From the NCBI GenBank assembly GCA_051748705.1, contig JBNJHQ010000004.1, forward strand, positions 1-37,209: DNA of 37,209 nt, given 5' to 3'. Position 1 is the stretch's first letter, and the number at the start of each line of letters is the position of its first letter. Positions 1 through 11,732 of the stretch are shown here, piece after piece. Below the pieces are notes generated by a model. That model worked only from the letters and a program-made list of their open reading frames with translations. It was not told the origin of the DNA and did no database searches. The stretch is from Bacteroidota bacterium (lineage in GTDB: Bacteria; Bacteroidota; Bacteroidia; Bacteroidales; VadinHA17). Position numbers and translations under genes: made by a program.

Positions 1-2006
1 CCGTCTGCAGGATTAAGGGGATAAAAGCCCATGGCTGAAAATACATACCATGCTGACATCTGCCCGCAATCTTCATTACCACACAGACCATCCTTACCGG
101 AATGATACATCTCCGTCATTATCTTGCGTACCAGTTCTTCAGTACGATGAGCTTCACCCAGGCTACGGAATATGTAGGTGGTATGGTGACCCGGTTCATT
201 ACCGTGTGCATAAGCGCCTATCAGTCCGGAGATGTCAGAAGAAGCATTTTCTCCTGTAACTCCCTCCTCCTGGAGAAATAATGAATCAAGTTTCTGAAGC
301 AGGCTATAGGGTCCACCCATCAATGATGCCAGCCCGTACAGGTCATGAGGCACAAACCAGGTGTATTGCCATGCATTACCTTCGGTATATTCATCCTGGC
401 GGTGACTGGAATATAATGGATCAAAAGGGACTTTCCAGCTTCCGTCAGAGAGTCTTCCCCTCATAAAACCAGTTTCCTCATCAAAGATATTTTTGTAGTA
501 GGTCGATCTCCTCATGTAATAGCTGTAATCCTCCTCTTTGCCAAGTAAATTGGCCATCTGGGCTATGCACCAGTCATCATAACAGTACTCAAGTGTTTTT
601 GAGACGGATTCGTTTTCGAGATCTGCAGGAATGTAGCTGTACCTCCTGTAATAATCCAGGCCCTCATGATCGAGGTTTGATGAATGCCTGGCAGCTTCGT
701 AAGCCAGCTCATAATCGAAGCCTTCCACTCCCTTCAGCATTGCATCGGCAATCACCGGCACCGCGTGGTATCCTATCATGGTATTGGTCTCATTGGCCAT
801 AAGCGACCAGACCGGAAGTTTGCCCTGCTGCCTGTAAATATTAAGCATAGCATTTATCATATCAGGCACCCTGCCTGGTTGCACTATGGTAAAAAGAGGA
901 TGTGCCGCCCTGAAGGTATCCCAGAGAGAAAAAACTGTGTAGTTAGTAAGCGAGTCAGAATGGTGAATTTCCAGGTCGGCGCCCCTGTAGCGGCCATCGT
1001 GATCAGAATATGTGTTAGGAGCAATTTTACTGTGATACAGGGCTGTATAGAATACTGTCAATGTTTCAGGGTCACCGGAAGATGCCTGTATAACAGATAA
1101 TTCCCTGTTCCATTCATCATAGGCTGCTTTTCTTATCTCTTCAAATTCCCAGCCCTGTATTTCTGTTACAAGGTTATTCAAGGCCCCTTCTTCATCAACT
1201 GCTGACAGGCCGGTTTTGACGAGTATCTCCTCCCCCTTTTCGACATTGAATGAAAATATCATTCCAACACTACTGCCCTTTACCGAAGACCGGTCATTAA
1301 ACAGACCATCCTTAACCCCCCTTACTTTCACCGGCTCTTTGGAAAACATACTTGCAAAATACTGGTATTGACGCTCGGCCCATCCCGTAGAGATCCTCAT
1401 CCCCTTAAGCACCTCTCCATCAAAGTCAAGGGAGCAATCCACCGGGCTGTCCCAGTTGATAGCAAAACCCAGGTCAATGAGAACATTCATAATTCCATCA
1501 TCATCTGCAATATATTTCTGCAGTCCCGCCCTGCGGGTAGCAGTAAGACAAACAGTCACACCATTATCCAGTTTCACTGAATAATAACCCGGTTCTGCTG
1601 ATTCATCAGCATGATCAAAGACGGAGCGGTTTTCCTGGGCCACAGATGATCTGTCATCCGAATATCCTTCCCTGAAATCATTCATTGATGGCAGGAACAC
1701 TATATCCACCAGGTCACCTATTCCTGTCCCCGACAGGTGCGTATGACCAAAGCCGGCTATTACGGTATCAGAATAATGATAGCCTGAGCACCAGTCCCAT
1801 CCGTTTGTTCCGTTATCCGGGCTTAGCTGTACCATACCAAAAGGAAGGGTGGCCCCCGGGAATACATGCCCGTGATAGGCCGTACCTATGAATGGATCGA
1901 CATATGCAACCGGATCAAGTCTTTCTGGTGTATTATGTTCCCTTTGCCCGGTACATGAAATAAGTAAAGCAAGCAGGGCAGCCGGAATTACATAAATATT
2001 TCTCAT
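1..2006 (-). CDS. GH92 family alpha-mannosidase, lipoprotein; partial, 3' end runs off the window (not in ORF track)
   Basis: Manual translation from ATG at 2006 gives MRNIYVIPAALLALLISC (lipobox) then YVDPFIGTAYHGHVFPGATLPFGMVQLSPD..GWDWCSGYHYSD. The window edge reads GLCGNEDCGQMSAWYVFSAMGFYPLNPA in the same frame. Both are hallmark GH92 motifs. Confidence 0.93.
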   Translation of the reverse strand, partial: MRNIYVIPAALLALLISCTGQREHNTPERLDPVAYVDPFIGTAYHGHVFPGATLPFGMVQLSPDNGTNGWDWCSGYHYSDTVIAGFGHTHLSGTGIGDLVDIVFLPSMNDFREGYSDDRSSVAQENRSVFDHADESAEPGYYSVKLDNGVTVCLTATRRAGLQKYIADDDGIMNVLIDLGFAINWDSPVDCSLDFDGEVLKGMRISTGWAERQYQYFASMFSKEPVKVRGVKDGLFNDRSSVKGSSVGMIFSFNVEKGEEILVKTGLSAVDEEGALNNLVTEIQGWEFEEIRKAAYDEWNRELSVIQASSGDPETLTVFYTALYHSKIAPNTYSDHDGRYRGADLEIHHSDSLTNYTVFSLWDTFRAAHPLFTIVQPGRVPDMINAMLNIYRQQGKLPVWSLMANETNTMIGYHAVPVIADAMLKGVEGFDYELAYEAARHSSNLDHEGLDYYRRYSYIPADLENESVSKTLEYCYDDWCIAQMANLLGKEEDYSYYMRRSTYYKNIFDEETGFMRGRLSDGSWKVPFDPLYSSHRQDEYTEGNAWQYTWFVPHDLYGLASLMGGPYSLLQKLDSLFLQEEGVTGENASSDISGLIGAYAHGNEPGHHTTYIFRSLGEAHRTEELVRKIMTEMYHSGKDGLCGNEDCGQMSAWYVFSAMGFYPLNPAD

Positions 2007-2007
2007 A

Positions 2008-4653
2008 TCAGTTAATTTTATATAGAGTCTTAAGTATTTGTTCCCCTATGCCTATACGGTAACCTTCAGACATATAATAGATATTGCCTTCAGGGTCACT
2101 GTAGATAACAAAGGGTAGTTGAACGGGTGAAGCGGTCTCTCCCCTTACGGAGTTCAGTATTGCAAGGTCTTTATCAAAAGCGAACAGTGATTTTAGCGGT
2201 AAACCCTTAAACTGCCCGGGTTTATATGAGGCACTCTGAGCTGAGGGGTCAGATAAAAAGACGAGCTGGCAAGCAAGCTCATCGAGTTCCCCTTTTACCA
2301 GTGGCAGGTCATTCAGGATATGTTTGCTGGGTTCCCTGTTATGATCTATCCAAACAATAAGCAACCCCTGGTCAGCATATTCCAGGAGTTCTGCAGCGGT
2401 ATCGTCAAACAGAAAAGCCTGGTCAAGGTCAATCTTTCCAAGTAACTCAAGGGCTTTCACCTCTTCCCTCAATTCAAAATGTAAAGTTTTCTTCTCTCCT
2501 GGCTCAAGATTAAAAAACCTTAGTGAACTCAATACTTCCGAGTCGCCTGTCCTGTTACCCGTCGCAAGCATATATTCTCCCGGGGGCAATGACAGGCAAT
2601 CATCAAAATCTTTCACATTCCTGTTATATTCATAATCCAGTGTTATATACCTGCCCTCCTCAAATCTTGCAATGGTGAAGTGACGGTAATATTCAGCTGC
2701 GCTTTCAGGGGGTCCGTCGAAGGACAGCTTAAGACAGGCTCTCTGTATGTCTTTCGTCTTCTGCTCATTAATACTTACATCCTGCCATTTCTCATTTCTG
2801 AAAAACTGGGGTATGTTTGTTCCGGGCTCAAGCCTTGCAGGTATACCTAAGGTTCTGCAGCATGCCACAAAAAGTATTTTGTTTGAGAGTTCGTCGGCAA
2901 AACCCGTTCTCAGGACACCTTCGGGGCTAAGTGGAACCCTGTAATGGTTCATATCATCCTGCTGCCTAATATTAGAGGACAGCCAGCCGGCAATGATAGC
3001 TGGATCAGCAATGAAACTTTCTGTTTGAGCGCTGTCAAAATAATTCAGGATATATGATCTCCAGGCAGTAATTATTTCATGGGAGATTCGAGGGTTAAGA
3101 ATATAATCAACAAAGAATGGTAATGGGTATTCATTCCCCTTATAATAATCCACCGTATGAAGAATATGATCCTCGAGTATGCCGGCTTTTGTATCCCTGA
3201 GGTCTTTTTCGGCCACTACTTCCAGCAATTCCAGCATTAACTCCCTGTATTTACCGGGCACTTTCTTCATAAGTGTTCTTATCTCGCTGTAATTGCCCAT
3301 ACTTTTGTCTATAAGGCTTTTCACCCGGGCCGTGTCCATATCCATTGAAAGGGCCAGATCAACCGCTTCCCTGTCATTCATCCAGGTGTTCATATAAGCA
3401 TGTCTTATGCTGTCTTCCTTTTTCAATCTTTCGGCATTCTCCTGTTTCATATGCAGGGGGACGGTATCGGGAAAAGGAATATGTTTTACGGGCGGCTGCA
3501 TATCAAATTCATAATAATCTTCAATATCCTCATGTGATCCGAGCTGCAATACCAGAGTGTCATTTTCTTCAACACTGATTTTTTCAAAAGCAAAATTGTC
3601 ATCTTTGGAAGCCCATATCAACAGATCGCCCAGGCCTGTTTCGAACCTGCAAAAACCCTGATCATCGCTTTCCAGTTCTGCAAGCGGGTAAAATTCTGCA
3701 AAATTATATAATCGGGGTTCCACAATGGCTCCAACAGCTGCCTTCTTCTGGGCATCAAGCACCTTAATAAGGATTGTTTTAGTACGTGCATACTTCGCCA
3801 GTGTATTAATTTCTGCGTACTTATCCTTTTTCTTAATTATATTTTCATCACCCCGGTATAGTCCAAAAGCTAAGGTATGTGTAAGCATTGCCCGCCGCGA
3901 CGGTTCTGTAAACCATCCCCTGTCCAGAACCGGTTCCGGTTCACATGCCCCGAGGTATTTCCATTCACCATCCACCCATACTTCCACCCAGGCATGGTTA
4001 TCATCGCTGTGGGCCCACCTTGGGGTATAAATCTGTCGCGCAGGTATTCCTGCAGTCCGCAGGGCAGCAACGGTAAATGTAGATTCTTCACCGCACCTAC
4101 CCCGGGCAGAAAGTACAGTTGCCATTGGGGCTGATGTTCTTATGTCGGCCGGCTGGTAGGCAACTTTTTCATGGCACCAGTGATTAATCTCAAGAGCAGC
4201 CTTTTCAATATTCCTAAGACCAGCTATGCGTTCATGAATTTCATCGAAACAGGCAAGCCTGAATGAATCCAGGTTCTCATTATTCACCCTGACAGGCAAA
4301 ACGAAGTGAAGGAAAATATTTTCAGGTATAATTTTTCCCCAGTCTGTCTGTTCGCGTGCTTTTAGGGCAAGACTTGCATTATCAAGAAAAAAGCGGCCAT
4401 CATAATCAGCAATATCGCTCAGGGGCATATAGGCAAACAGGAATTTCAGGGCCTCTGATTCAGCTGTGCTTATATCAGTATTAAGGATTGCAAAAAGGTC
4501 ATTTCCATGTTTTGAAAAAAGTTCCTTTCTCTCCTGGAATTTTTCATTTACGCTGTTACGGTAAGCCTCATCTTCTATCAGGTGCTCATTATTAACACAT
4601 GAAGCTGCTATAAAGAAGGTGGAGATCACGAGGGAAAATATTTTCAATTTCAT
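2008..4653 (-). CDS. Transglutaminase-like (Cys-His-Asp) domain lipoprotein, 881 aa, with a second degenerate transglutaminase-like domain
   Basis: Lipobox FIAASC; catalytic motifs ARGRCGEES and NHAWVEVW; a second repeat FVACCRTLGIPARL lacks the RCGE motif. Confidence 0.85.
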   Translation of the reverse strand: MKLKIFSLVISTFFIAASCVNNEHLIEDEAYRNSVNEKFQERKELFSKHGNDLFAILNTDISTAESEALKFLFAYMPLSDIADYDGRFFLDNASLALKAREQTDWGKIIPENIFLHFVLPVRVNNENLDSFRLACFDEIHERIAGLRNIEKAALEINHWCHEKVAYQPADIRTSAPMATVLSARGRCGEESTFTVAALRTAGIPARQIYTPRWAHSDDNHAWVEVWVDGEWKYLGACEPEPVLDRGWFTEPSRRAMLTHTLAFGLYRGDENIIKKKDKYAEINTLAKYARTKTILIKVLDAQKKAAVGAIVEPRLYNFAEFYPLAELESDDQGFCRFETGLGDLLIWASKDDNFAFEKISVEENDTLVLQLGSHEDIEDYYEFDMQPPVKHIPFPDTVPLHMKQENAERLKKEDSIRHAYMNTWMNDREAVDLALSMDMDTARVKSLIDKSMGNYSEIRTLMKKVPGKYRELMLELLEVVAEKDLRDTKAGILEDHILHTVDYYKGNEYPLPFFVDYILNPRISHEIITAWRSYILNYFDSAQTESFIADPAIIAGWLSSNIRQQDDMNHYRVPLSPEGVLRTGFADELSNKILFVACCRTLGIPARLEPGTNIPQFFRNEKWQDVSINEQKTKDIQRACLKLSFDGPPESAAEYYRHFTIARFEEGRYITLDYEYNRNVKDFDDCLSLPPGEYMLATGNRTGDSEVLSSLRFFNLEPGEKKTLHFELREEVKALELLGKIDLDQAFLFDDTAAELLEYADQGLLIVWIDHNREPSKHILNDLPLVKGELDELACQLVFLSDPSAQSASYKPGQFKGLPLKSLFAFDKDLAILNSVRGETASPVQLPFVIYSDPEGNIYYMSEGYRIGIGEQILKTLYKIN

Positions 4654-4657
4654 GATG

Positions 4658-4665
4658 CAAAGCTA
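4658..4665 (-). promoter_or_regulatory. Bacteroidota primary-sigma -7 element (TAGCTTTG) just upstream of the transglutaminase-like gene
   Basis: The minus strand reads TAGCTTTGCATCATG, an exact TAnnTTTG match 4 nt before the ATG. Confidence 0.5.
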
Positions 4666-4667
4666 AT

Positions 4668-5702
4668 TTATAATACTGTTCCACAGGACTTCTCAATTAT
4701 GAGTTCCGGGCTGATCTTGACTGACCGCTTAAATTTACCTTTCCCGTTATTTTTTACTTCGGACCAGAGCATCTGTGATGTTTTAAGTGCCAGCTGGGTG
4801 TATTTCCTGTTTATCCTGGTAACGGGCGGATCCATCAGATTGAAGCCTACTCCTGCATCCATTGAAATGAGGGCAATATCACCCGGGATACGGATATTTT
4901 TTGTTTTCAAAAAAGACAGGAGGGGGTAAATGAATTCAGAATGTTTAACTATTAACATCTCTGATGCTTCCGGCGGTCTGAGGGCCCTGACAATTTCATT
5001 TGCATCATCAGGATCCATGTTACTGTTTCCTGCCAGGATATGTTTTGACAGCCTTATACCCGGGATCATTTTAGTTATGGTTTCGGTAAGTAAGCGGGTA
5101 TTAACTATACAGTTCGTGCAGTTCTCCTGCTCAATAACAGATACACTTTTGTACCCGAGCCTGAGTATGTGTGCTGCCACCAGCCGGCATGCCTCTTCGG
5201 CATCACTGTAAATCTCATTTATCCTGTGCTTCATCAATTTTTTTTCAAGGACGACAAAGGGATAATGGCTTTCCTTAAGGTTCCTCACCGTCTCATCATC
5301 GGCAGCATCTCCATAGAGGATAAGACCACAGTAAAAATTTTTAAGTTCATTGATAAGATAACTGAATTTTTGCTCATTGTCATTCCTGGGTATCAGTGTA
5401 AAGGCCAGCCCTATACCAGAAAATGCCCGGTTCAGCAGAGGACTGATCTGGAAGACAAAGTGATTATCCAGGTCGGGCACTATCATAGCTACCATACTGA
5501 CTGCAGATGATTCTACCACATTGCTCCTTATGGCGGTAATATCTTCAAAATAGCCCATCTGGCGAGCAACGAAAAGTACTTTTTCCTGGGTGTCAGGCTT
5601 TATTCCATACAGGGAAGCCTTATCGTTAAGCACCAGGGAAACGAGTGTGTTGGAAAAGCCACACTTTTTAGCAATGTCTTTAATTTTTACCCTTTTGCTC
5701 AT
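4668..5702 (-). CDS. LacI-family transcriptional regulator
   Basis: N-terminal HTH VKIKDIAKKCGFSNTLVSLVLN; C-terminal periplasmic-binding-protein-like domain (IRIPGDIALISMD, PPVTRI). Confidence 0.9.
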   Translation of the reverse strand: MSKRVKIKDIAKKCGFSNTLVSLVLNDKASLYGIKPDTQEKVLFVARQMGYFEDITAIRSNVVESSAVSMVAMIVPDLDNHFVFQISPLLNRAFSGIGLAFTLIPRNDNEQKFSYLINELKNFYCGLILYGDAADDETVRNLKESHYPFVVLEKKLMKHRINEIYSDAEEACRLVAAHILRLGYKSVSVIEQENCTNCIVNTRLLTETITKMIPGIRLSKHILAGNSNMDPDDANEIVRALRPPEASEMLIVKHSEFIYPLLSFLKTKNIRIPGDIALISMDAGVGFNLMDPPVTRINRKYTQLALKTSQMLWSEVKNNGKGKFKRSVKISPELIIEKSCGTVL

Positions 5703-5754
5703 TTCACCATATCTTATGTTTTATATGTAGCTGGATATTTTTTTCAGATTATAA

Positions 5755-7758
5755 TTATTTCTTCTTTTTGGGCTTCTGATAGCCTCGCTGTTTAGCAGCT
5801 TCTTCAAGTCTTTGCTGGAATTTTGATTTTTTGGCCGGTTTCTTCTTATTCTCATTTAGTTTTCTAAGAACGGCCTCTTCATCAATAAAGCGCTTGGAGA
5901 TCAGATTTTGTCCGAATGTAATAATGTTTGCCAGGAAATAATAATAAGTAAGGCCCGCTGAGAAATTATTCAAAATGAACATGAACATAAAGGGCATTAT
6001 ATAGGTCATCATTTTCATTCCGGGCATCTGCTCCTGGCCGCCTGATGTAGGGCTGTTAATCTTCATTGTAATAATGGTCGATATGGTCATAAGCAGGGTG
6101 AAAAGGCTTACATGATCTCCATAGAGAGGAATAGTGAAAGGAAGATCCAGTATTGAATCATATGTGGAAAGGTCATCGGCCCACAGGAAAGCTTCCTGTC
6201 GTAATTCGATAGACGTGGGGAAAAACCTGAACATGGCAAAGAGGATGGGCATCTGGAGCAACATGGGCAGGCAGCCTCCCATTGGGCTGACACCGGCCTT
6301 TTTATAGAGGTCCATGGTAGCCTGTTGCTTTTTCATTGCATCTTCCTTCTTGGGGAACTTTTTACCGATCTCATCAACCAGTGGTTTGAGCACTTTCATC
6401 TTGGCCTGTGACTGGTATGATTTAAAAGTCAGGGGGAAGAGTACAATCTTGATGATCAGCGTCAATATCAGAATGATAATACCGTAATTCCCTATAAACT
6501 GATTCAGCCAGCCAAATATCTGGACAATCACATATTTATTTATGAACTTAATAATATTCTTACCAAGCATTACCAGCTCTTCCAGTTCAAGATCATACTT
6601 CTTCAGTGTCTTGTAGTGGTTTGGACCGAAATAGAGGCTCATATCATATTCTACTTCCTGTCCCGGCTCAAAAGGTATACTCAGTTCCGAAGTACAGAAT
6701 CGCAGATATTTACTGTCTTCAGGCATCATGGTATATGACATATAGCCGTTTGAAAAAGACTCTCCGGCAATAAGTACAGATGAAAAGAACTGGTCTTTGA
6801 AGGCAACCCACCTCAGGGGAGTTGCTATATCGGCTTCTTCAAAGTCTTTCTGTGATCTTTCCCGGAATCCGTCAACGTCATCCTGATAATGTTTATATTT
6901 AATATTGACATAGTTATTCTCGTTTTGTCTTCCCTTTTCCTGTTGCGGGATATATGCTTCCCAGTCAAAAGACAGCGAGTTTATATTTGAAGCCATTATA
7001 TCAGACAAACCAATAAACCTGACATCAAAATCAACCATATAAAGGTCAGGCTCAAGGCTATAAACATATTCGATATACTGTTCTTCAGACACTTTGGCTC
7101 TGAATACCACACTGGCTTTTGAGCTTGTTGCATCAGTATATTCAGGGGTATTGACCGGCTCGAAGAACATCTTATCGGTTTCTATCCTTTTGTTATCCCG
7201 TGTAAAGAATTTGAAACCAAATACCGTTGAATCTCCATCAAATAAAACCAGGGGTTTATTGTCATATGTTTTATAGTCTTTCAGTGTGGCAGAGTATACG
7301 CGACCTCCCCTGGCAGAAATCTCAAGTATAAGCTTTTCGTTCTCAACAGTAAAAAATTCCTGCTCTCCCCTGTAAGCTTCGGAGAAGGCCCCGGCTGCCT
7401 GTTCACTCTGTATTATATCATCAGGCTGCCGTCCTGTCACTTCACTGCTTTGTTCCTGGAGCTGACGGTCCTGCACCTGTTCCGGTATCACGGTATCCTG
7501 TTCAATTACAGGTGTATCCGGTTGTATTATCCGGTTAATTTCATTTACCCTGTTGACTGCCTCAGGTGTTCCGGGTTTAAATTCAAGGGCCCTCAGGTAC
7601 TGGAGCCGTGCCGACTCATAATCTCCTGCTTCATATAAAGAATCTGCAATTACGACTGCTGAGTCATAAGACTTCTGCAGTTTATTGCTGTTATATAAGC
7701 TGAATCCTATAAAAATAAGGAAGATAAGTACCAGTCCAATAATAGTATTTCTGTCCAT
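5755..7758 (-). CDS. yidC: Membrane protein insertase YidC
   Basis: MDRNTIIGLVLI N-terminal TM, large periplasmic domain, GNYGIIILILTLIIK, GVSPMGGCLPMLLQMPILFAMF, FSAGLTYYYF; next to pyrG as is usual in Bacteroidota. Confidence 0.97.
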   Translation of the reverse strand: MDRNTIIGLVLIFLIFIGFSLYNSNKLQKSYDSAVVIADSLYEAGDYESARLQYLRALEFKPGTPEAVNRVNEINRIIQPDTPVIEQDTVIPEQVQDRQLQEQSSEVTGRQPDDIIQSEQAAGAFSEAYRGEQEFFTVENEKLILEISARGGRVYSATLKDYKTYDNKPLVLFDGDSTVFGFKFFTRDNKRIETDKMFFEPVNTPEYTDATSSKASVVFRAKVSEEQYIEYVYSLEPDLYMVDFDVRFIGLSDIMASNINSLSFDWEAYIPQQEKGRQNENNYVNIKYKHYQDDVDGFRERSQKDFEEADIATPLRWVAFKDQFFSSVLIAGESFSNGYMSYTMMPEDSKYLRFCTSELSIPFEPGQEVEYDMSLYFGPNHYKTLKKYDLELEELVMLGKNIIKFINKYVIVQIFGWLNQFIGNYGIIILILTLIIKIVLFPLTFKSYQSQAKMKVLKPLVDEIGKKFPKKEDAMKKQQATMDLYKKAGVSPMGGCLPMLLQMPILFAMFRFFPTSIELRQEAFLWADDLSTYDSILDLPFTIPLYGDHVSLFTLLMTISTIITMKINSPTSGGQEQMPGMKMMTYIMPFMFMFILNNFSAGLTYYYFLANIITFGQNLISKRFIDEEAVLRKLNENKKKPAKKSKFQQRLEEAAKQRGYQKPKKKK

Positions 7759-7780
7759 TTAATACCAGTCTAGTTAATTT

Positions 7781-9430
<1,650 letters not shown>

Positions 9431-11515
9431 TTATTCATAATTGATTCCCGACTCATCGATCAGCCTTATCTTCTCTTCCAGCAATTCAATTGATTTCCTG
9501 GCATTGTCAATTTTAGACTGCACCTCCTGGATCATTGATTCTGCATTACTGGACTTTGAAAAGAAGCCAATATTATTTTCCCACACCACTATATCGTTTT
9601 CGAGCTGTTTTATCCTGGTCAGGAATTTCTCCCTTTCGCCTCTGAGTTTTCTTGTAGCCTTTGGCGTTTCCTTGATATTTTCAAGCCTGGTCTGGTATTT
9701 TAGAATTGCTTTATCTTCTTCATCAATCTTCAGCCTGTCGAATTGTTTATTGAGGGCCGTCCTGTACCTGCCGGCTATCCTGTCTTTGTCCTTATAGGGT
9801 ACAAAACCTATTTCGGCCCATCTTCTTTGAATATCCTTGAGCTTTTCAAAATCCTCATTTATATTTTCTCCTGGCTTGAAATTCTCCAGCTCTTCTATCA
9901 AGGCTTCCTTTTCTTTAAGGTTATCTTCAAAGGAGCTATCCAGTTCAGCAAAATGTTCTGATTTTCTTTCAAAGAAATGATCACATGCTTTTCTGAATCT
10001 CTTCCATAATTTGTCAGAATGTTTTCTTGGTACAGTTCCAACCTCTTTCCATTCTTTCTGAAGTTTAATCAGTGCTTCTGTTGCTTCTTTCCATTCAGTG
10101 CTATCCTTGAGTGTTTCCGCCTGAACGCAGAGATCGGTTTTTTTCTGGAGGTTAGCCATTTGCTGCTCCTTGTTTTCGGCATAAAAAGCTCTTTTCGCCT
10201 GGAAAAAAGCATCACAGGCTTCCCTGAACCTTTGATAAATGGCATTATTATGTTTCTTGGGTGCAAAGCCAATGGTACGCCATTCCTTTTGTATCTGTAT
10301 CACTTCCCTGGCCTTGCTTTCCCAGTCCTTAAAGCTGTTTAATTCAAGGCTGTTGATTCCCTCCACTTTTTCGCAGAGTGCTGTTTTTGCTTCAAGGTTT
10401 TTCTTTTGCTCCTCTTTCTGCTTTTCAAAATACTCGTGGTGCCTCTTATTTATATTAGAGGTTGCCAGCTTAAATCGTTCCCATAATTCTGATCTCGATT
10501 CCCTTGGAACAGGACCTATCTCTCTCCACTGCTGATGATATTCCTGTAAGATCCTGAAGGCATTTACAGGGTTTGGGTCAAGCAGAAGTTCTTCCGCTTT
10601 TTCGCAAAGTTTGATTTTGCTCTCGAGGTTTTTCTTAAAATCAAGATCCCTGAGTTCCTTATTGATTTTGATAAAATCGTAAAAGATCTCAACATTGAGG
10701 TTGTAGGTCTCCCAGAGGTTCCTCAGTGAAGACTGGGGCACCATGCCAATTGAATGCCATTGAGCCTGTAGTTCCCTGAATTCCTGGAATGTTTTGTTTA
10801 TGGATTCCTCCCTGTTAACCAGGTCCTTTATTTTGTCTATTATCTGATATTTCTTACTGAGATTTTCCTGCTTCTCTATCTCCAGCTGTTTATTATACTC
10901 TGTTTTCTTTCCCCTGAAACGGGCCAGCAGGTCTTTCATTTTAACCTCGAGCGGATCATCAGCAGGTTGATAATCCTCTATCCTCCCTCCTTCCTCAAGA
11001 AAAGTATGCTTTTTCTGATCGAGTTCTGCCTTGTACTTTTTATAAAATATGGTTTTTATCTTGTCAACATCATCGACTATCTCATTCAGAGGCCTGTTTT
11101 CAATAAGCAATTCCAGCGTTTCAACCAGCTCGGCTTTCGATCTTCCGCTATAGTCAACCTCCGGCAATTCTTCCAGTTCTGTTTCAGGATCCTGCTTTGT
11201 TTCATCCCCAGGTTCAGGAGCGTCATCACTGTCTCCCGTGGCTTCAGAAGCTTCAGGCGCCGGTGGCTCCTTTTCCTTATCCTCCCCCCCGGGCTCAATT
11301 GAAGCAGATTCAGTTTTTTTCTCCTCTTCAGCTGAGTTATCTCCTGGGTCTGAATCCTCTTTCTGAGCCCTGGAACTCATATCTTCATCAGCTGAAGGAG
11401 CCGCAGCATCGTCATTGTTTTCAACTTCATTATTTTCACCATTAGTTTCGGCAGACTTATCATCTGCATCGAATTGTTCATTATGAACAGGATCATCCGG
11501 ATTTATAACAGTCAT
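9431..11515 (-). CDS. DUF349 domain-containing protein with acidic disordered N-terminus
   Basis: Repeated helical units W(R/K)xIGxVP...LWxRF...FF; roughly 115-aa D/E-rich N-terminal tail. Confidence 0.85.
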   Translation of the reverse strand: MTVINPDDPVHNEQFDADDKSAETNGENNEVENNDDAAAPSADEDMSSRAQKEDSDPGDNSAEEEKKTESASIEPGGEDKEKEPPAPEASEATGDSDDAPEPGDETKQDPETELEELPEVDYSGRSKAELVETLELLIENRPLNEIVDDVDKIKTIFYKKYKAELDQKKHTFLEEGGRIEDYQPADDPLEVKMKDLLARFRGKKTEYNKQLEIEKQENLSKKYQIIDKIKDLVNREESINKTFQEFRELQAQWHSIGMVPQSSLRNLWETYNLNVEIFYDFIKINKELRDLDFKKNLESKIKLCEKAEELLLDPNPVNAFRILQEYHQQWREIGPVPRESRSELWERFKLATSNINKRHHEYFEKQKEEQKKNLEAKTALCEKVEGINSLELNSFKDWESKAREVIQIQKEWRTIGFAPKKHNNAIYQRFREACDAFFQAKRAFYAENKEQQMANLQKKTDLCVQAETLKDSTEWKEATEALIKLQKEWKEVGTVPRKHSDKLWKRFRKACDHFFERKSEHFAELDSSFEDNLKEKEALIEELENFKPGENINEDFEKLKDIQRRWAEIGFVPYKDKDRIAGRYRTALNKQFDRLKIDEEDKAILKYQTRLENIKETPKATRKLRGEREKFLTRIKQLENDIVVWENNIGFFSKSSNAESMIQEVQSKIDNARKSIELLEEKIRLIDESGINYE

Positions 11516-11732
11516 AACTAATCCTTTTATTTGAGCACTTTTACAGATCTAATAACAGCATAAATCTGCAACAAATCAAGGTTACGAAAATATCGAATAA
11601 TTTAGAAAATCTCAAAGAATAACAATTATAATATTTAGTAACTGTAAGACAGCTATTTATAGACACAGACCAGTCATGAAAGCCATACAGGATACTGAAA
11701 AATCTAAAGAATTGGCAATAAAATTACTGTTT

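Noticed and set aside
50-1891. Short + strand ORFs in the ORF track, and similar antisense ORFs throughout the window
   Set aside because: They are shadow ORFs antisense to, or out of frame within, well-supported genes such as GH92.
11516-11732. Intergenic region after hlyD checked for a second cargo peptide, terminator or att site
   Set aside because: No GG-leader ORF, clear stem-loop or repeat was seen; no integrase, transposase or tRNA in the window supports a mobile island.
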